Below, piece after piece: positions 28,218 through 37,953 of a stretch of 64,000 nucleotides of DNA (position 1 is the stretch's first letter; the number at the start of each line of letters is the position of its first letter). Below the pieces are notes generated by a model. That model ran no database searches. It saw nothing but the letters and a program-made list of their open reading frames with translations, and was not told where the DNA came from. The stretch is from a bacterium (GTDB lineage Bacteria; Patescibacteriota; Minisyncoccia; Phycocordibacterales; UBA5272): the NCBI GenBank assembly GCA_023267635.1, contig JAHFMX010000001.1, positions 3,800 to 67,799 on the forward strand. Direction: 5' to 3'. The translations under genes were made by a program, and so were the position numbers.

Positions 28218-30902
28218 TTACTTACCAAATAGTCTTACCAACTCATCAAAGTTTTTTGCAGGGTTCTTTTCGTACTCTTCTTGCTTCACGTAAAGGGCTT
28301 TATATATAACCTTGCTCTGTCTTGCGTTTACATCCTCACACCACTTTTGAAGTCTTTCAAATTTAATTTTATCGTCTTCTTCTTCGCGACCCTTAGTTTC
28401 AATAATAAAAACTTGTTTGTCGTCTACTTTTACGAAGAAATCTGGGTAATAGGTAGCAATAAAACCTTCACTGTTTTTATACTCAATACGAAGTGCGTTA
28501 GCTTCTTTATTTTGGAAATTTTTAGCATAAGAAATAATCCCGTCACATTTTTCTAGAAAAGCACAGAACTCAAGTTCAAAATTACTATCACCAACAATTT
28601 TATTGAATACTGATTTTTTAGGAATGAGAAATGATTTATCATTTACAACAAAAGGTCTTGCCTCACTAACTTTTATATAATTCTTTATTTCAGTATCACC
28701 TTTATCTTGGACCGTAAGTTCATTTATAGATTTTTTGAATGCCTCTTTTATAAGTTTTATATATTCAACCTCAGACAGATTTCGTAACACATTCAAATCA
28801 GTAAGCTCTACTTTATCTTCAAACATATTATTCTCAATAAAGTCTTTTACTTTTGCAAATAAAATATCATAACATCCAAATAGCCTCATCTCTCTCATAA
28901 CAGCTTGAGCAAAGAAACCTACAACACTTTGGTAGTTTGGCTCAATATTACCATCAAGAATGGTTGTATGGTGCTTTTCTTCAGCCACAACATCTTTGAA
29001 GACTATCTCTCTTTTCTCTTCTTCTGTAAATGATTTTATTTTTACTTTTTCATTACCAAAATTTGATACATCTAAATTAGAAAGATTTTTATATTCCCTC
29101 TGTATTCTTGCTGTCATTACAGGTATTTCAATATCAAGTTTCTCAATATCTTTATTCTCATTTTCTTTGTCCACTTCAATAACTGTCGGTGAAATTGGTT
29201 TTGAACCACCACCCATAAGTCTCTTTTCAAGAAGAACACCTTCTCCTTTTATGCTTTCAATGAAATCCATAAAAGCTGGAGTCCCAATAACACTCACATA
29301 TTCATCAATGTCATCTCTACCAAAATACATCCTTCTCAAACCTCTCCCCAATGTCTGTTCTGGTAAGATTTTACTATCGGAAGCAAACGGACGAAGTCCA
29401 ACGATAGTGGTCACATTCTTAACATCCCAGCCTTCTTTAAGCATCATAACTGAAATAATTACCTTGTAAGGACTTTCCCAACTATCAATCTTGTTTGACT
29501 GCTTACGAAGCTCATCTAACTCTTCCTTGTTCTTACCTGATATTGTTTCTGATATTTCACCACTTTTATTTGTGTGAATAGTTAGGACTGCACCTTTCAA
29601 ATATGCAAAACTACTTTCTATATACTCAGCAACTTCATCACAATTCTTTGTATCGTCAGTCATAATAAAAAGTATCGCTTTCTTTCCTGTCTTTTGATGC
29701 TCTTCATATACTTTCTTCCATTCCTCAATACCAAGGTTGATAAAATCTCTATACTTCTCACTAAATAAAGTACTTTGCTTTTCTATCAATTTCCCTCTAC
29801 TTGCTTCATCTGGTACAACAGGTTGCTTTACTACTCTTTGATGTATTGCTTCAACCAGAGGATAATCTGATATAGTTTGTACGAAGATAGAACCATCCTT
29901 TTTCTTTGGTGTTGCTGTAACGTCAATCTGCAAAGAAAGTGCTCCACCTTTTTGTTTGAGTTTATTATCTATGTCACGAATAGATTTTAACCAAGCGTTC
30001 TCTTCGTGAATATGATGTGCCTCATCATTGATAACAATTAGTTCATCTATGTCACGAATAATCATACCCAAATCAACAGTTGAGTCGTTTGTTTTCGTTA
30101 CTGGTTTATCACCAAGAAAATATCCAGTACTATCTTCATCATCAGAACTAAATTCTTTTATGTCACTTTCAAAAACTCTGTGTATGTTCGTAAGAAATAT
30201 ATTTCCAGTATCTGAAACATTTTTCAAATCATCTTGTAAATGCAGAGTGATTTGAAAATCATCTTGCCAGTTTTGACCCATATATCCATTATCTGGCAAC
30301 ACTGGGTCCAAGAAAAATATCTTATTACCCTCAAAGTCGGATTTTAGTCTTTCAAACACAATAACGTTCGGAGCAATCAATAAAAAGTTATTTGCAAGCT
30401 TTGAACCTTCTTCGTATAGCTTATGGAAATATGCCCACGCAATAAGTAAACTCATTACCTTTGTCTTACCTGCACCTGTAGCCATTTTTATAACAAGACG
30501 AAGCCATTCCTCGGTGAACATCTGTGGACTTAAAACACCAGTAGAGTTGTAGCGTATCAAATCATATTTATCTTTTACTTGAGCAACCTCATAGAGCCAT
30601 ATGACAGTTTCTAAAGCTTCTCTTTGAGAAAAATAATATCGGAAATTATATGAAGAGCCGTCGTTATTATAGAGAGTGTGCTCTTCTTTGAACCACCATG
30701 TAAGAAGTGACTTTGATGTCTCGCTGGCACCGTCATAATTATTATCTCGCCATTCTTTTACTTTCTTACGAAGCTCAGCAACGAGTGGAGGAATAAGTTT
30801 TTCAAAACCTTTCTCACGTAAAACTTCATCAGCAGGAAACCATCTGATTTCAGGGTTAAGAATTGCATATGGGTCTCTTGGAAAATCTTTGTGTAGTGCC
30901 AT
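28218..30902 (-). CDS. Type III restriction enzyme Res subunit (SF2 helicase + C-terminal PD-(D/E)xK endonuclease)
   Basis: Walker A MATGAGKT, DEAH box VINDEAHH, C-terminal YYPDFFVK...FIIETKG nuclease motif; directly downstream of the mod gene. Confidence 0.7.
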   Translation of the reverse strand: MALHKDFPRDPYAILNPEIRWFPADEVLREKGFEKLIPPLVAELRKKVKEWRDNNYDGASETSKSLLTWWFKEEHTLYNNDGSSYNFRYYFSQREALETVIWLYEVAQVKDKYDLIRYNSTGVLSPQMFTEEWLRLVIKMATGAGKTKVMSLLIAWAYFHKLYEEGSKLANNFLLIAPNVIVFERLKSDFEGNKIFFLDPVLPDNGYMGQNWQDDFQITLHLQDDLKNVSDTGNIFLTNIHRVFESDIKEFSSDDEDSTGYFLGDKPVTKTNDSTVDLGMIIRDIDELIVINDEAHHIHEENAWLKSIRDIDNKLKQKGGALSLQIDVTATPKKKDGSIFVQTISDYPLVEAIHQRVVKQPVVPDEASRGKLIEKQSTLFSEKYRDFINLGIEEWKKVYEEHQKTGKKAILFIMTDDTKNCDEVAEYIESSFAYLKGAVLTIHTNKSGEISETISGKNKEELDELRKQSNKIDSWESPYKVIISVMMLKEGWDVKNVTTIVGLRPFASDSKILPEQTLGRGLRRMYFGRDDIDEYVSVIGTPAFMDFIESIKGEGVLLEKRLMGGGSKPISPTVIEVDKENENKDIEKLDIEIPVMTARIQREYKNLSNLDVSNFGNEKVKIKSFTEEEKREIVFKDVVAEEKHHTTILDGNIEPNYQSVVGFFAQAVMREMRLFGCYDILFAKVKDFIENNMFEDKVELTDLNVLRNLSEVEYIKLIKEAFKKSINELTVQDKGDTEIKNYIKVSEARPFVVNDKSFLIPKKSVFNKIVGDSNFELEFCAFLEKCDGIISYAKNFQNKEANALRIEYKNSEGFIATYYPDFFVKVDDKQVFIIETKGREEEDDKIKFERLQKWCEDVNARQSKVIYKALYVKQEEYEKNPAKNFDELVRLFGK

Positions 30903-30904
30903 AT

Positions 30905-33013
30905 TTATATTTTTACATCAATCACCCTAGTAGTATCATTACCAAAAATGTCTACGATTTTTACTGCAACCTTATAGTCTCCTTTCGGTAATTCCTTTGG
31001 AGCTGAAACTAGCTCTAGACCTCTATTTTTCTTTGTACGGAAACTTTGCCATTCGTTATCAAAAATATAATCACCAGTCCAAACATCTTTTTCGTTATCA
31101 CCATCCATAACTTTAATAACTTCTTTTCTGTCTGCAAAATTATAATCAACAGCCCAGTAATCAATCCAGTCAGTCCATTTTTTAGTAAGAACCTCTCTTG
31201 AAACAATCTCAGTACTCTTATCTTTTGACACTTTTATCACTTGCCCATTCTCAACAATGACCTTTGACCTTCCTGCTTTTAACTCCTCATCAATAGCACC
31301 ATTGTCTTGATTGTAAAACACGGAAAAATCAGTAAGCTCAATAGAAAGCTCTTTCATATTTCCTCTACCTTTAATAATTGACTTAACATCAATATAAGCA
31401 ACATCATAGAAATTAACTTGACCTTTTTCTACTGCACGTTTATCAAATACTTCTCGTGGAATTATCTTGAATGCAATATCAACACCTTCTTTATGAAAAC
31501 CGTGTCTATCAATACCCATATCATAATCAAATGCTAAAATATCAATCTTTGTGAAATCTTTCCCTTTACATTCATCAATCACATCTTGAATAAATTGTTC
31601 TGATGTAGGCATATTTATTGGACCAACAGCCACAAGTCTGTCTCGTTTTTTACCAACTACATTTACAAAGCTATCAATTGGCTCCGCTTTATACGCAGAA
31701 AGAATAAGTTTAATAAACTCTTTTTCTTTTTTATCTGCTTGCTTAAATCTTTCTTCAGCACGCAAATCATCATTAGTGTTCAAGAAACTTTGCCTTTCAT
31801 ATCTACCCATATTAAGTATTTCAAAAGCACGAAAATCTTTCCCACTCTTCTTTAGTTCTCTTTGTGCACCAATCATTCTTTTTCGCGAAGTATGAATACC
31901 AAACTTACCTAAGTCTGTCCCAATCCATTTTCTTCCAAGTTTTTCAGCAACTGCTAATGTTGTTCCAGAACCACAAAAAAAGTCAGCAACTAGGTCATTA
32001 TTATTTGTTGATGCTTTTATTATTCTCTCGAGTAATTTTACAGGTTTTTGTGTTGGGTATCCAAGTAGTTCATCTCTTGATATTTGTCCACCAGCTGGAA
32101 TATCATCCCACCAATCCTGAGGAACTCTTCCTTGTTCATATTCTGAAACATCTTTCCCAGCAAAGGGTATACCTCCAACTTTTGACTCAGCGTATTTTCT
32201 TCTATTTAAAGTTGCTTCATCATAAGGAACTAAAATATCTTTAGCGTTGAAGATAGGATTTCTAGATTTTGAATAAAATAAAATAGTGTCATGCTTTTTA
32301 GGGAAGGCTGTCTTTACTGGTGAAGGACCTTTGTAAGCCCATATAATCTCATTCATAAAATTATTCACTCCAAATATTTCATCAAGTATCAAACGCATAT
32401 GAGCACTTAGTCTCCAGTCACAATGAACATAAATACTACCATCTTCAGCTAAAAGTTCGTGCATTAGTTTTAGTCTTTCATAAATCATTGCAATAAAACT
32501 ATCTGCTCCTTTACCCCAAGTATCTCGATACGCAATCTCTTCAATAACTGAAGGTTTTTTTGTAAAACTTTCTGTGTCATCGCCTTCACCAATTTCAATA
32601 TCCATCGAAAAATCAGCTCCCACATCAAAAGGAGGGTCAATATAGACAAGCTTTAGACCTCCTTGTGCTTCTATCTCCTTTCTCATTGGACCGTTCTTTA
32701 AAGAAGAAAGAATAAGTTTATTGTCACCCCATATAAGTTTATTGGTCCAACCAGCAACTTGCTTACCTGAAAAATCAAACAGAGTACCTCTACCATCACC
32801 AAACTCCTTACCTTCTCTTGGCTCATCAATCTGTTCGATTACTTGGAATGGTAAAACAACATTTGTCACTTCATTTGACTTACCATTCCAAACAAGCTCA
32901 ACTTCTCTGTCATCTTTGAAAAGCAAAAAACGATACTTTTCTGGAAGTTCTTTACCAGCTTCAAGATACTTCATAATATCTCTTTTTTCGTTCTCCGAAA
33001 GATTTAATGCCAT
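30905..33013 (-). CDS. Type III R-M system DNA methyltransferase (Mod), beta-class N6-adenine/N4-cytosine MTase
   Basis: Motif IV YIDPPFDVG precedes motif I DFFCGSGTTLAVAEKLGRKWIGTDL; 702 aa; 2-nt gap to res. Confidence 0.7.
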   Translation of the reverse strand: MALNLSENEKRDIMKYLEAGKELPEKYRFLLFKDDREVELVWNGKSNEVTNVVLPFQVIEQIDEPREGKEFGDGRGTLFDFSGKQVAGWTNKLIWGDNKLILSSLKNGPMRKEIEAQGGLKLVYIDPPFDVGADFSMDIEIGEGDDTESFTKKPSVIEEIAYRDTWGKGADSFIAMIYERLKLMHELLAEDGSIYVHCDWRLSAHMRLILDEIFGVNNFMNEIIWAYKGPSPVKTAFPKKHDTILFYSKSRNPIFNAKDILVPYDEATLNRRKYAESKVGGIPFAGKDVSEYEQGRVPQDWWDDIPAGGQISRDELLGYPTQKPVKLLERIIKASTNNNDLVADFFCGSGTTLAVAEKLGRKWIGTDLGKFGIHTSRKRMIGAQRELKKSGKDFRAFEILNMGRYERQSFLNTNDDLRAEERFKQADKKEKEFIKLILSAYKAEPIDSFVNVVGKKRDRLVAVGPINMPTSEQFIQDVIDECKGKDFTKIDILAFDYDMGIDRHGFHKEGVDIAFKIIPREVFDKRAVEKGQVNFYDVAYIDVKSIIKGRGNMKELSIELTDFSVFYNQDNGAIDEELKAGRSKVIVENGQVIKVSKDKSTEIVSREVLTKKWTDWIDYWAVDYNFADRKEVIKVMDGDNEKDVWTGDYIFDNEWQSFRTKKNRGLELVSAPKELPKGDYKVAVKIVDIFGNDTTRVIDVKI

Positions 33014-33350
33014 AGAGTAATAGTAATTTTAGGTATATTTAAGGGGGTGATACCTTAATGTGACAACTATATAATAACATGAAAAAAAAGAATTCTCGCC
33101 TTGTTCTACAAAAATAATTATTAGTTTACAAAACCTAATCTTTAGTATAGTTAAAGGAAATGACTTAACTTTAACTATAGATATTTTATAGTTAAAGTTA
33201 GGACTCTATTTTTTTCTTTTTACCCAATACTTTTTATAAACAATATCAAACAAAATCCCAAAAGCTTCATCTACTTTTTTCTGGTCTTCTGCAGAAGAAT
33301 TTTTGTCATAAACATATGTTACTTTTATTTCTTTTTCTTTCTTCATACAG

Positions 33351-33944
33351 TTAATAAGAAAATCCTTCAGAAACAAAAGAATAGGCATTCGTTCGATTAG
33401 AAAAACTTATTGATATTGGTATAGTGTCCCCAGTCTCATCATCAAAGGTATCAAAAATAGATATTAAACTAATGTATATTTTTTGTATTGGGTCGTGGTC
33501 TTCTTGTTCTTTATAAACTCCACACAAACAGTCGTGTATTGATTTTATATAATCCCATAATGCAGTCCATATATCTTCTAAGGAAAGATTATCACTCTCT
33601 GCAATTTCTTTTTTTCGTTCATCTGTAACATCTTCTAAATAACATTTAATATCTTCATAAGACAATCCTAGTTTATTGAAATCAATAGTTTTATCTGATG
33701 ATACTTCAGTAAAAAAATCATTATGAATTCTGTTAGTAAAGTTTGTAACTATAAAAGAAGATGCAACTGCATATATAAACACTCTTCCTTTTTTGGTATC
33801 TCCGTCCGTTACAAGAAAACGATTATTTTTTTCAAATAATTTATAAGCATCTAACCCCCAATTGGACTCTTTTATATTATCACCCGTGTAGTCAGAGAGT
33901 TGATTAAAGGTGTCTACAAATATCTCTTTTGTTTCTTTTTCCAT
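33351..33944 (-). CDS. Hypothetical protein
   Basis: 197 aa, acidic, no motif recognised; stop/start adjacency with the upstream small membrane protein. Confidence 0.3.
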   Translation of the reverse strand: MEKETKEIFVDTFNQLSDYTGDNIKESNWGLDAYKLFEKNNRFLVTDGDTKKGRVFIYAVASSFIVTNFTNRIHNDFFTEVSSDKTIDFNKLGLSYEDIKCYLEDVTDERKKEIAESDNLSLEDIWTALWDYIKSIHDCLCGVYKEQEDHDPIQKIYISLISIFDTFDDETGDTIPISISFSNRTNAYSFVSEGFSY

Positions 33945-33947
33945 AAA

Positions 33948-34283
33948 CTATTTAATAACTTTCTTTGTGTTGCGAGCAGAGATTCTTCCAACTACAGCTT
34001 CACCTAAAGCAATTACCGCACCAATAAAAGCACTTATAGAGTAGCCGAAATTATATCGCACAAATGAAAAGTATATTATTCCCAAAAGACAAGCAACAAC
34101 ACTTATAAGTAAGACGAGATGTTTTGTCGTATTTTTATGGCTCGAATCAACTCCAAAATCTTTCAATACCTCTCTTACATCAGAAGATTTTAGTATTCTA
34201 ATCTTAAAGAAAATACCATCCCAGAGAGGCTTAAAAACACTATACGAAAAAAAGATAACGACCATCGCAATAATGAAAGTCAT
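33948..34283 (-). CDS. Small membrane protein (hypothetical)
   Basis: 111 aa, three hydrophobic helices. Confidence 0.3.
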   Translation of the reverse strand: MTFIIAMVVIFFSYSVFKPLWDGIFFKIRILKSSDVREVLKDFGVDSSHKNTTKHLVLLISVVACLLGIIYFSFVRYNFGYSISAFIGAVIALGEAVVGRISARNTKKVIK

Positions 34284-34521
34284 AAGAGGTTGTGTCTACT
34301 TGATAAACCCTCTAGGTAACTTATAAAACAAAATAGGCCCCCTAGTGGTGCTCACAAGAAGATGACCGAAGTCACGCATCCTGTTTCCACATAGAGAGCC
34401 TATGCTATACACGATGCGTAACAACCAACCCCCTTATAAGGGGTGTTTCGATATCTTCTTGTGAGCAAATGTATTATAGCACTTTCATGAAAAGATATTA
34501 AGTAAGTGATAGAATGATAAA

Positions 34522-35409
34522 ATGAATAAAGTAGACCATAAATTAAGCAATGAGTATTTGGAAGGTCTATTCAAAAACTGGTTTAATTTCAAGATAATAA
34601 AAATTTTAGCAGATGTCATAGAAGAAAACTTTAGCAAACAACAAATTACAGATATTTTAGAACCATTAGATGTTAAAGGTCTATCTATAAATAAAAATGA
34701 ATCCGAAAAAAATTCTATTCTAAAAATTTTTATTGACCTAAAAGAATACACTAAAACAAAAACATCCACAGAATACGAATACTATAGGGACACTATACTT
34801 GGAGTCCCTAATGGTGATGAAATGATAGTTTTCATCATAGAAGAGTTTATGGATTTATTTAATCATAAAATAAACAAAGTCCGTAGAAAGGCTTTTGCAG
34901 AATGGATAGGAGACATAGTTGCCCTCTGTAATTTAATTTTAGAAATTGATTCAGGTGATGACTACATAATATTAACACCAGATGAGTACAGAGACTTTTT
35001 ATATGAGAAAAAAGAAAAAGAACTCATTCAAAATAACCCTAATTATTTTGAAGAAATGTACGGTGGGACACCCACTAAAGACAATAGGCAAGTGATACAT
35101 ACTCTTGAAATACAAAAACTAGAAAATGAGTACGCAAAATTAACTGTTTTTATAAATAAAGAGTACGAAAAACCTATGACATTCAAAAGAGGTAAGAATT
35201 GGAGTTACATGTATAGCCTTGCACAAAATGAAGGAGTCTATGACCAGAAAGACTTTATGGATTATTTTAATTCTAATCAAACAAATCCTTTGTATAAAAG
35301 GTATGGGTTTGAGGTATCTAAAATTCTTAGACAAGAAAGTGGACAAATACTACCTAATATAAAAATTGAGATGATAACAAAGAAGAAAGTTACTCAAAAT
35401 AAAACTTAA
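34522..35409 (+). CDS. Hypothetical protein
   Basis: 295 aa; no motif recognised; followed by the terminator hairpin at 35447..35479. Confidence 0.35.
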   Translation: MNKVDHKLSNEYLEGLFKNWFNFKIIKILADVIEENFSKQQITDILEPLDVKGLSINKNESEKNSILKIFIDLKEYTKTKTSTEYEYYRDTILGVPNGDEMIVFIIEEFMDLFNHKINKVRRKAFAEWIGDIVALCNLILEIDSGDDYIILTPDEYRDFLYEKKEKELIQNNPNYFEEMYGGTPTKDNRQVIHTLEIQKLENEYAKLTVFINKEYEKPMTFKRGKNWSYMYSLAQNEGVYDQKDFMDYFNSNQTNPLYKRYGFEVSKILRQESGQILPNIKIEMITKKKVTQNKT

Positions 35410-35446
35410 GAAAAGGTAAAAAAACTTAAGGCTGTGGATAACTATG

Positions 35447-35479
35447 AAAAACACCACCGATGAGGTGTTTTTGTTTTGG
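35447..35479 (+). terminator. Rho-independent terminator
   Basis: aaaaacacc-accgatga-ggtgttttt hairpin followed by gttttgg. Confidence 0.55.
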
Positions 35480-35586
35480 TTAAAAAGATGGTCTTCCGCG
35501 TATTTTAAGCATAAATTAAATTCTAAAATTTACAAAGGCAAACAGAAAAGTAAATTGTTTGCACTTAATAATTAAATAGATAAATT

Positions 35587-37722
35587 ATGTTAGAAAACAT
35601 TATGTTAGTTGAGGCATTGAAGCTTCAAGAAATTGGCTGGAGTATTATTCCAGTTGGACAGGATAAAAAGCCGTTAATAAGCTGGGCTGAGTTCCAAGAA
35701 AGAAGGGCTAGTAAAGATGAGATAAAAGCATGGTTCAAGAAATTTCCTAAAGCAAATATAGGAGTTGTTACTGGACCAATATCTAATCTATTAGTTTTTG
35801 ATATTGACGCTAAACACGGGAGGACATCTGGAGAGTTCCAGTTCCCTGTAACAGTATGCTCAAATACTGGGGGTGGAGGAGAACATTACTTTTTTAAGTA
35901 TCCAAAGTTTGAAGTTCATAATTCAGCAGGATTACTTTTTGGCGAAGGGGTTGATATAAGAGGTAAAGGTGGTTACATTGTTTTACCACCATCTTTACAT
36001 TTATCTAGTAAGTATTATGAATGGAAAGAGTTTTGTTCTCCATTTGATTTAGAACTTGCTGATATACCCGAATGGTTAGAAACTGCGTTATCAAAACAAA
36101 GTAAAAAAGAAAGTCCAAAAATGTATGAAAAGGACTCATCTGAAATAATAGAAGGAACAAGAAATGATACCGCTGTATCTGTTGCTGGGAAGATTATAAG
36201 TGAGACATCAAAAGAATTAAGGAGTTCTGTTGGTTATAAAAAATTTATAAAATGGAATTCCTTGTTAAGTTCTCCTCTTTCAGAAGAAGAGTTAAAAGCT
36301 GTTTGGAAAAGTGTTTGTAAATATGACAATAAAGACGTATCTAATCTACTAAAAAACAAAGAAGCAAAAGAAGAAAAGAAAGTATATAAAACTTCATACT
36401 TTGATGGTAATTATCTTTATGAAATGGTTCATAATAAGGAATTAGACAAAACATTCTTTATTCGTTGTGACAGTAAAAATAATATAGACACTGTTGATAA
36501 AATAGCGTCAGGTGAAAGAGTGTATTTCCCATTACCTCCAACACATATGTTTGTTGATAAATCTGTCGTTCTATTCCCATCTGAAGTTGCACCATATCTC
36601 AATGAAAAAGAATTATTAAGTGAGATTCGTGCATTCATACATAAATATGTAGACATTAGTGAAGAGTTCGAAGAAATATCTACATATTATGTTTTACTAA
36701 CTTGGTTGTACGATAAGTTTTATGAACTTCCGTACCTTCGTGCTAGAGGTGACTATGGTAGTGGAAAATCTCGTTATTTAAAAACTGTTGGCTCAATATC
36801 ATACACACCAATATTTACAGCTGGAGCAACAACAGCAAGTCCTATATTTAGAATTATTGATGAAGTTAAAGGAACTCTAATACTAGATGAGGCTGACTTT
36901 GCGAAGAGTGATATGACTTCTGATATAGTAAAGATACTTAACACTGGATATCAGAAAGGTGTATCAGTTTTACGTGCTGAAGGTAAAGGAACTTTTGAGA
37001 TTAAAGCATATGAAGTCTTTGGTCCAAAAATTATTGCAACCAGAGAAAGTTTTTCTGATAGTGCTCTTGAGAGTCGCTTTCTTGTTGAGGAAATGGGGAA
37101 GAGTGATTTACGTGCAGATATACCGAGAGAAACTCGTAAAGGGTTTGATGAAGAAGCAAGAAATATCCGTAATAAACTTTTGAAGTGGAGGTTTGATAAT
37201 TACTTCCTTGAAGTAACAGCCAATACTGAAGTAATAAAAGGTATACATCCAAGGTTAAACCAAATAGTCCTACCTTTGTTATCAATCATTAAAAATGATG
37301 ATGCTAAAGAAAGTCTGAAAGAATTTATTGTTAAATATAATGATGACCTTATTGCCGATAGAGGACTCACCAAAGAAAGCGATATCATTTTCGCAATTCT
37401 AAAGTTAGAGCACAATGGATTTAATGAAAATCTATTTACTGTAAAACAGATATCAAATGAAGTAAATAAACTCATTGATGAAGAAATTGACCAGATAAGC
37501 CCACGCAAAATGGGGTGGTATTTGCGAAAAAAACTACAGCTGAAAACTGGCAAAACTCGTGCTGGTTATGTTCTTAATCTGGAGCAAAACAGAGATAGAG
37601 TTAACTTTTTAAAAGATAGGTATGGTATAGCAGACGAAGAAGTGTACGGTGAACAAGTGAACAATGTGAATGTCGTAAGCATTGCTGAGAGCATAATGGA
37701 GAATAATAAAAATATTCTCTAG
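35587..37722 (+). CDS. Bifunctional DNA primase/polymerase (Prim-Pol) N-terminal domain protein with C-terminal helicase-like/DUF region
   Basis: N-terminus GWSIIPVGQDKKPLISWAEFQ...NIGVVTGPISNLLVFDIDAKHG matches the Prim-Pol (bifunctional DNA primase/polymerase N-terminal) family and its catalytic DxD; 711 aa; adjacent to the recombinase. Confidence 0.6.
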   Translation: MLENIMLVEALKLQEIGWSIIPVGQDKKPLISWAEFQERRASKDEIKAWFKKFPKANIGVVTGPISNLLVFDIDAKHGRTSGEFQFPVTVCSNTGGGGEHYFFKYPKFEVHNSAGLLFGEGVDIRGKGGYIVLPPSLHLSSKYYEWKEFCSPFDLELADIPEWLETALSKQSKKESPKMYEKDSSEIIEGTRNDTAVSVAGKIISETSKELRSSVGYKKFIKWNSLLSSPLSEEELKAVWKSVCKYDNKDVSNLLKNKEAKEEKKVYKTSYFDGNYLYEMVHNKELDKTFFIRCDSKNNIDTVDKIASGERVYFPLPPTHMFVDKSVVLFPSEVAPYLNEKELLSEIRAFIHKYVDISEEFEEISTYYVLLTWLYDKFYELPYLRARGDYGSGKSRYLKTVGSISYTPIFTAGATTASPIFRIIDEVKGTLILDEADFAKSDMTSDIVKILNTGYQKGVSVLRAEGKGTFEIKAYEVFGPKIIATRESFSDSALESRFLVEEMGKSDLRADIPRETRKGFDEEARNIRNKLLKWRFDNYFLEVTANTEVIKGIHPRLNQIVLPLLSIIKNDDAKESLKEFIVKYNDDLIADRGLTKESDIIFAILKLEHNGFNENLFTVKQISNEVNKLIDEEIDQISPRKMGWYLRKKLQLKTGKTRAGYVLNLEQNRDRVNFLKDRYGIADEEVYGEQVNNVNVVSIAESIMENNKNIL

Positions 37723-37953
37723 TAGTTTTGAAAGTGGTACAATGGAAGAGCTACACAGACAAGACGAATATGACAGAAGATTGAATCCTGAAGGGGGTCT
37801 ACAATCGTCTTTGTGTAGCAACAATGTACTGTCTTGTAGTTCCCCTTCAGGTTTCTTTGATTCTAATCTCATTTCCGAAGAAGATGCTCTTGATTACCTT
37901 GCTGAGGTATATGTAGACATCTACTTCGATTATATTAAAAAACAAAAATAACC

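Noticed and set aside
37742-37951. 69-aa ORF immediately upstream of the serine recombinase
   Set aside because: Possibly a small excisionase/RDF-like gene given its position, but it has no HTH or other recognisable motif and is Ser/Leu-rich; too weak to call.
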